A DNA stretch of 64,000 nucleotides from Candidatus Bathyarchaeia archaeon (GTDB lineage Archaea > Thermoproteota > Bathyarchaeia > Bathyarchaeales > Bathycorpusculaceae), in contig JBEKWR010000008.1 in NCBI GenBank assembly GCA_049512935.1, forward strand, positions 1 through 64,000, written 5' to 3'. The translations under genes were made by a program, and so were the position numbers. Positions 59,187 to 64,000 of this stretch are shown here, piece after piece. Positions within the stretch are counted from its first letter, which is position 1. Each line of letters begins with the position of its first letter. The notes beneath the pieces were generated by a model that was not told the DNA's origin, did not search any database, and was given only the letters and a program-made list of their open reading frames with translations.

Positions 59187-60053
59187 TTACGCGGCTTTCG
59201 GCTTGGCTTTGTCGACTGCGCTGCTGAGGCTGGTCATTTCCGCGTTCGCTTTCCTTATCAGGTCGCCGATCGTGTCTTTGGTGGGGATTGCGCCTGCGAC
59301 GGCTAATGCGACGGCTTTCATGTGAGCCTGCTGCAGAAGCGGCTTAATCGTGTCCTTAGACGGGTAGCTGATGCCCAATGCCAAAGCGAAGGCTTCCTGA
59401 TGGCTTTGCTCAACGCTCCGCCTAGTCGCGTCAACGTCAACCTTAAGCTGATCGCCAACTATGATCAACCCTTCATCGAAGACCACACGCATCGAAATGC
59501 CAAGCTCAACGGCTTTAATGTTCAGTTTCGAGAGGACACCTGCAAGGCGCTCGTTGATCTCTTCACCCTTACGAACCACCAGCGTGTCCTTGCTCACCCA
59601 GACGCTGCCCGACTCGATGCGCGTAGGCAACCCGACGGAGTTCAACTGGCTGATGATGGGACCCGGAGGCTGACCCGTGTTGCCTGCTGGAACAACCACG
59701 TCCATCGCGGCTGTGTCACCCGCTTTCGCGGTCGTCTTGACTTTGCCCCTGTCCAGAAGCAACGCAAGCTTGAACGGGTTCAAGTCGGTGAAAAAGTAAA
59801 CGTTCGACCCTTCCAAGTACTCCACAAGCTTGTTAAGGTCTTTCTTGTTCATTTCTTCGATAGCCAGCTTCATCAAAGTGTTCTTCAAAACCCGCAGGTA
59901 AACCTTGCCATGCATCGTTTTCTTAAGTTCCTGAAGCTGCGAAGCACGAACCTTCTGCAGGCTAGCGATGCCGATGGACTTGTACCCTTTAAGTATGTCC
60001 TTTATCGCATCAACCTCGCCTGACTTTTCCTCTAACACTTGTTGGGACGGCAT
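59187..60053 (-). CDS. rpl10: 50S ribosomal protein L10 (P0)
   Basis: V.KNTL, NPFKL, AKAGD.A..DVVVPAGNTG.PPGP, L..LNIK. Confidence 0.95.
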   Translation of the reverse strand: MPSQQVLEEKSGEVDAIKDILKGYKSIGIASLQKVRASQLQELKKTMHGKVYLRVLKNTLMKLAIEEMNKKDLNKLVEYLEGSNVYFFTDLNPFKLALLLDRGKVKTTAKAGDTAAMDVVVPAGNTGQPPGPIISQLNSVGLPTRIESGSVWVSKDTLVVRKGEEINERLAGVLSKLNIKAVELGISMRVVFDEGLIIVGDQLKVDVDATRRSVEQSHQEAFALALGISYPSKDTIKPLLQQAHMKAVALAVAGAIPTKDTIGDLIRKANAEMTSLSSAVDKAKPKAA

Positions 60054-60068
60054 AATTTCTCAAACTCA

Positions 60069-60719
60069 TTAAGGTTTAATCTTAACCGGCTCACCCATAG
60101 ACGTCTTGATGAAAGCGTACTTCACGTTCTTCAAACCACGCTTAAGCTTCCCATCCAAAACACGAAGAACCACCATAGTGTTATCAACAAGATCTTCATC
60201 CTTCATCTGCTCTGAGCCAACCGAAACCTGAATAATCGGCTGATTACGCAACCGAACAACCACCGTTTTACGGTGCTTATTAATTAAAGCTGCAATGTCA
60301 GCGTTAGGCGGAACAGGAATAGGCATCTTTCCCCTCGGACCCAAAACAGGACCAAGAATCCTACCTACAAGCGGCATCAAGGGCGCTTCCGAAATGAAAA
60401 CGTCATAGTCTGCCGCCAGCTTGCGCAGATCCTTCTTCTTGCCGTTCAACGCGTCCAAATCGGCACGTTCAACAACGAAGTCTGCATTAGCGTTTTTAGC
60501 TTTAAGCGCAAACTCTCCAGAAGCAATAACACAGATACGGTTCGGCTTACCAGTGTCATGAGGAAGCTCAACAATCTCCTGAATTTTGCCTTCCGGCGAC
60601 TTCATATCGATCTCCGTAATGTCAAGAATCAGATCTACTGTCTGGTTGAACTTTTTCTCGCCAGACTTCGTCTTCGCCTGTTTAATCGCTTCCAATATCG
60701 TCTTGTTGTCTAGGGGCAT
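60069..60719 (-). CDS. rpl1: 50S ribosomal protein L1
   Basis: KKFNQTVDL, LPH, LGPVLGPRGKMP, KTSMG. Confidence 0.96.
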   Translation of the reverse strand: MPLDNKTILEAIKQAKTKSGEKKFNQTVDLILDITEIDMKSPEGKIQEIVELPHDTGKPNRICVIASGEFALKAKNANADFVVERADLDALNGKKKDLRKLAADYDVFISEAPLMPLVGRILGPVLGPRGKMPIPVPPNADIAALINKHRKTVVVRLRNQPIIQVSVGSEQMKDEDLVDNTMVVLRVLDGKLKRGLKNVKYAFIKTSMGEPVKIKP

Positions 60720-60777
60720 TTTTAAGCCTCGCGCCAATGAGGGAACGGAAACCCATTATAAAAATATTCGCCTATCA

Positions 60778-61266
60778 TTATTCGCTACCAAACAGCTGTT
60801 CATAAATTCCAGCATCAATATCTTTCTGCACTTCTCGCGGGTCCTTGCCTTCAACCGTGACGCCTAAACTGACGCATGTCCCAAGCATCTCCTTCGTCGC
60901 CTTCTTTAGCGTCGGCGCCAAAAGTTCAGGACGCTTAATCTTCGCTATCCGCACCATCTGCTCCATAGACAAGTCGCCTACCTTGACGGTGTTAGGCGTT
61001 CCCGAGCCCTTCTCCACCTTCAACTCCGCAACGATCAACGCTGAAGCTGTTGGAGTTCCAACGGAAACATCAAAGCTTTTGTCTTCGGTGTCAACGCTGA
61101 TTTTCACCGGAACCTTCATTCCAGCGTAGTCTTTGGTAAGCTCGTTAATTTTAGTGACGACAGCCGTGACGTTCATGCCTAATGGACCGAGAGCGGGACC
61201 TAAAGGTGGACCTGCATTGGCTTGTCCGCCACTTACGAGCAATTCAACAATTTTCTTTTCGCCCAT
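60778..61266 (-). CDS. rpl11: 50S ribosomal protein L11
   Basis: GGQANAGPPLGPALGP, GMKVPV, GTCVSLGVTVEG. Confidence 0.97.
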   Translation of the reverse strand: MGEKKIVELLVSGGQANAGPPLGPALGPLGMNVTAVVTKINELTKDYAGMKVPVKISVDTEDKSFDVSVGTPTASALIVAELKVEKGSGTPNTVKVGDLSMEQMVRIAKIKRPELLAPTLKKATKEMLGTCVSLGVTVEGKDPREVQKDIDAGIYEQLFGSE

Positions 61267-61283
61267 TTTTTGTTTTTCACCTG

Positions 61284-61757
61284 TTATGCTTTTGCTTTTT
61301 CGACTAGTTTTACGTAGTCTGAGTGTACCGTGATTGGCAAAGTGAATGTTGCCTCAAGCAGTTCAAGGGTGACTTCGCCTTTTGCCTTGTCGAGCCTTGT
61401 GATTTTGGCGCGCATGCCCTTGAACGGTCCGCCTGTGATTTCAACCACGTCGTCTTCGTTGAGGTCTTCCATGACGGGTTTGCGGACGATGTAGCGTTCT
61501 ATCTCGGCGAAGCTTACAAGTCCAGGGATTCTTGAGCGCACGTGCCTTAAGCCTGAGATGGCTTCTTCCACCAAATGCGGTCCGTCAGCTTCGACGAACA
61601 CGTATCCTTTGAGTGTGTCTGGCACGAGAAGAGACTTGATGGGAATGTGGTTCATTTCAACCTTTGAGGCGATTAGGCGGGCTACGTTTCTTTCTTGCCC
61701 AGTGGTTGTTTTGACCACGAAAATTTTGGTTTCCATCTGCTCTTCTTTCTTTTCCAT
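61284..61757 (-). CDS. spt5: Transcription elongation factor Spt5/NusG
   Basis: VKTTTGQE..VA, LKGYVFVEA, KOW motif VEITGGPFKGM.A. Confidence 0.96.
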   Translation of the reverse strand: MEKKEEQMETKIFVVKTTTGQERNVARLIASKVEMNHIPIKSLLVPDTLKGYVFVEADGPHLVEEAISGLRHVRSRIPGLVSFAEIERYIVRKPVMEDLNEDDVVEITGGPFKGMRAKITRLDKAKGEVTLELLEATFTLPITVHSDYVKLVEKAKA

Positions 61758-61773
61758 AAATTGTGTTCCCTTT

Positions 61774-61965
61774 TTAGGTTGTCGATGAAGATGCAGCTGA
61801 GCTTCCTAGAGCCCAGGATAAGAGTTTGATTACGTAGCCGATTACGCCGATTATGCCTATGCCGAGGAGGCTGATTTTTATGGAAAGCCAGAGTTCTTCT
61901 CGTCCGGGTTTTATGGCTAGCTTTAAGGTTCTTCCTGCTTGCTGTAACCAAGATTGTATGCCCAT
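61774..61965 (-). CDS. secE: Protein translocase subunit SecE/Sec61-gamma
   Basis: R.LKLA.KP.REE, then TM GIGIIGVIGY; immediately upstream of spt5. Confidence 0.9.
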   Translation of the reverse strand: MGIQSWLQQAGRTLKLAIKPGREELWLSIKISLLGIGIIGVIGYVIKLLSWALGSSAASSSTT

Positions 61966-62123
61966 ACTTATCGCACCTTCAACATTTCATTATTCAATAA
62001 TAAACGTTGCTGTGACTAGGGTTAAAAAGCAGGTTTCCAAGACTTTTAAAGTTTCCTAAGAAAAGGTTCGCGTTCGGTTGGTTGCCTCTTTTTTTGGGTT
62101 TTTCCGTGCTGGTTTTTTCTAGA

Positions 62124-62311
62124 TATTTTTAAGTTGCGACTTTTGCTACGGGAAAGTTGCGACTTTCCGCCGTGGCGCTTTGCGTTTCTGGTTGCTTTTT
62201 TGGTTTGGGGCTTGATTTTTGTTGCGGGTTGCGACTTTTGTATGGGCGGGTTGCGACTTTCCATGTTGACTCCATGTTGACGGCATTGTCAGTTATTGTC
62301 GGTTATGGGCG
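62124..62311 (-). repeat. Dispersed repeat family A, copy 3
   Basis: GTTGCGACTTT at 62133, 62156, 62228, 62250; 10-bp insertion in the 5' part; similarity to copy 2 extends to about 62372. Confidence 0.95.
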
Positions 62312-62623
62312 GGTTGGGTTTCGGGCGGGTTGGGTTTCGGGCGGGTTCGGTTTCGCTTGGATTTGGTTTTCTGATTGGGAAGGTTTAGGTCTTCTTTTTG
62401 GGTTGCACTTTTTCTTGGTGTCTGGCGGTGGCGCCTCAAACCGGGAAGAATCGAGCATCAAACGGAAAGCTGAGCCGCCCCAGAACACTACATCAAAATC
62501 AAACTAAGACCCCCCAACTAACCTAAACATTACAGGTTTAACAGCCGACAAACTTGCCGAGGCTTTTGAACGGAAAAAATGGGCAACTAAAGAACACTAG
62601 CCCCCTAAACCCCTTCTCGACAA

Positions 62624-62690
62624 TCAGCACGGATAGAGCACCAGTCTCCCAAGCTGAAAGTCGTGGGTTCAAATCCCACCGGACCCGCCA
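62624..62690 (+). pseudogene. 5'-truncated tRNA with Arg-like body and CCC anticodon
   Basis: TCAGCACGGATAGAGC-A-CCAGT-CTCCCAA-GCTGA-AAGTC-GTGGG-TTCAAAT-CCCAC-CGGACCC-G-CCA. The required 5' acceptor strand GGGTCCG is absent. Confidence 0.8.
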
Positions 62691-63024
62691 CCCACAGGGT
62701 ACATTTATACTGCAAACAAAATTTTCCCTTTTTTCTTTTTTTGATTTGTTTAGTTCCAACTCAGTTTTTCAGACTTTTTTGAAAATATTATCTCTTTCAC
62801 TAATCCTAATGGAGGCTTTGTTTTGACTCGTGTGAGGAACAATGCCTGCAGGGAAAGCCGCGAAACAGTCATAGAAGACGCGGAGCTATGCAAGGCATTG
62901 GACCAAGCTAATGCTATTGATAAAAAGTACTTCTGGTTGCGAGCTCTTGCAACAATTATTTAATTTGCCCGCGCGCGTGGCGTAACGACAGAATGTTGTA
63001 AAGTGATGCGTGTTTTGGTCGAGA

Positions 63025-63615
63025 TCATGCTGAGTATACTGCTATTGGTCCCCACATGTTGAAAGTGTTTGCATCTTGGGAAACTTGGCTACAGTAGGCG
63101 TAGGTCAGTGATGGGTACTGGTTGACATCATCCGGAGTGATTGTAAAAGTCACTGTTCCACTGGATCCTGGCTGAATTGGGTCGGCGTCGGTGCCTATTT
63201 GGGCGCCGAATTGGACGAAGGTGGTTGAAATAGGCTTTAGGGGAGTAAGCGCACCGTTAGTTACGATTGGCGCCCATTGGGCTCCTATAATTGCCCAGTT
63301 GTGGGGCTTTGTTCCTATGTTGTAGACGGTCACTGTGTAAGCCTGGTCTTGTGCCAGTGATAGTTGTGGCCCTGGAGATGTTAAGTTGGTGGCGCTGGTT
63401 CCGAACCCATATGTTGTCGCGTTTATTTCGCCTTCGTAAAGTGTAATATGTATCGGTGGGGTATCAGAAAGAAGATTTGTTTTTGGATTAGTGCTTGGTC
63501 TTTTTTGTGTGGCAAAAAGGAAGACGGCGGCGAAAAGAATTATACCTATGCAAATAATCGCTATTGCATACAATCTAAGTCGAGTCGACTTGCTTGGTGA
63601 TTTGTCTTGAGTCAT
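63025..63615 (-). CDS. Membrane-anchored cupredoxin-like (sulfocyanin/rusticyanin-like) protein with degenerate Cu site
   Basis: N-terminal TM, SPGP.L, N.G..PHNWAI, PIQPGSSGTVTF, YAYCSQVSQDANTFNMWG. Confidence 0.65.
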   Translation of the reverse strand: MTQDKSPSKSTRLRLYAIAIICIGIILFAAVFLFATQKRPSTNPKTNLLSDTPPIHITLYEGEINATTYGFGTSATNLTSPGPQLSLAQDQAYTVTVYNIGTKPHNWAIIGAQWAPIVTNGALTPLKPISTTFVQFGAQIGTDADPIQPGSSGTVTFTITPDDVNQYPSLTYAYCSQVSQDANTFNMWGPIAVYSA

Positions 63616-64000
63616 GCTTTCAACCTAAAAAGCTTCATACGAATTTTTATGATAACTAAAATATAAACTTTTACAATTTTTGTGCAGCTTTCAGGAGTCT
63701 TCGACGAGAATCTAATGTTGGCGATATTTTGCGCGGGAGTTGTGTTGATCGTAATTTCATGTTGCTTTTTCGCCTAAACACTAAGAGGTCATTATTTGTT
63801 TCATGCTAAGGAAAGGAATTTCGGTGGGAAATAATGCGAAAGCTTGGGGCGATGCATAACTGGGGAAGATACTGATTGCTAGTGTGCTTTAGTTTCTAGG
63901 CTTCAACAAGTAAGCTTTGCGTCTTTGTTTGGGAAGGAAGTTTTCGGCTTATGAAGCGTTTTTCAGGTTTCAGTAAAGAGTTACGTATCCGTTTTGTTCA

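Noticed and set aside
59322-60023. Long antisense ORFs (233 aa here; also 1109-1654, 30902-31399 and others)
   Set aside because: Shadows of well-supported genes on the opposite strand with no recognisable motifs.
62624-62690. Functional tRNA-Gly(CCC)
   Set aside because: The 5' acceptor strand cannot pair and identity elements are Arg-like. GGGTCCG at 42141 was considered as a split 5' half but lacks the following TAGCTC and a complementary leader.

Overview
Archaeal chromosomal window. Gene content and style (long Rpo5, secE-spt5-L11-L1-L10, many NosD/beta-helix surface proteins, TTG/GTG starts) suggest Bathyarchaeia/TACK, which is an inference. Core content: 3' end of cdc6, moaC-moaB-moaA, pdaD, two tandem amt genes, a polar amino-acid ABC transporter, a surface S53 peptidase, hcp, rpoH, modE-tupCBA, a PAS kinase/response-regulator cluster, a 1.9-kaa DUF4011-helicase-Vsr (Hhe-like) protein and the secE-spt5-rpl11-rpl1-rpl10 operon. 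Most notable non-coding signals: (1) a dispersed ~175-bp element in three copies, each with four AAAGTCGCAAC motifs at invariant 22/72/23-bp spacing, plus a related second family sharing a module; (2) a tandem palindromic operator AGTCAAG-N4-CTTGACT at a fixed 26-27 bp from the TATA box of four secreted/surface-protein genes, a candidate regulon; (3) two tRNA 3' fragments (Leu-like, Arg-like), both divergent from a repeat copy; (4) a ModE-like box on the tupA promoter. Also notable are an RPB5-like two-domain Rpo5 and a hybrid kinase that apparently needs an ATT start or stop read-through. All calls are by-eye; no searches were run.
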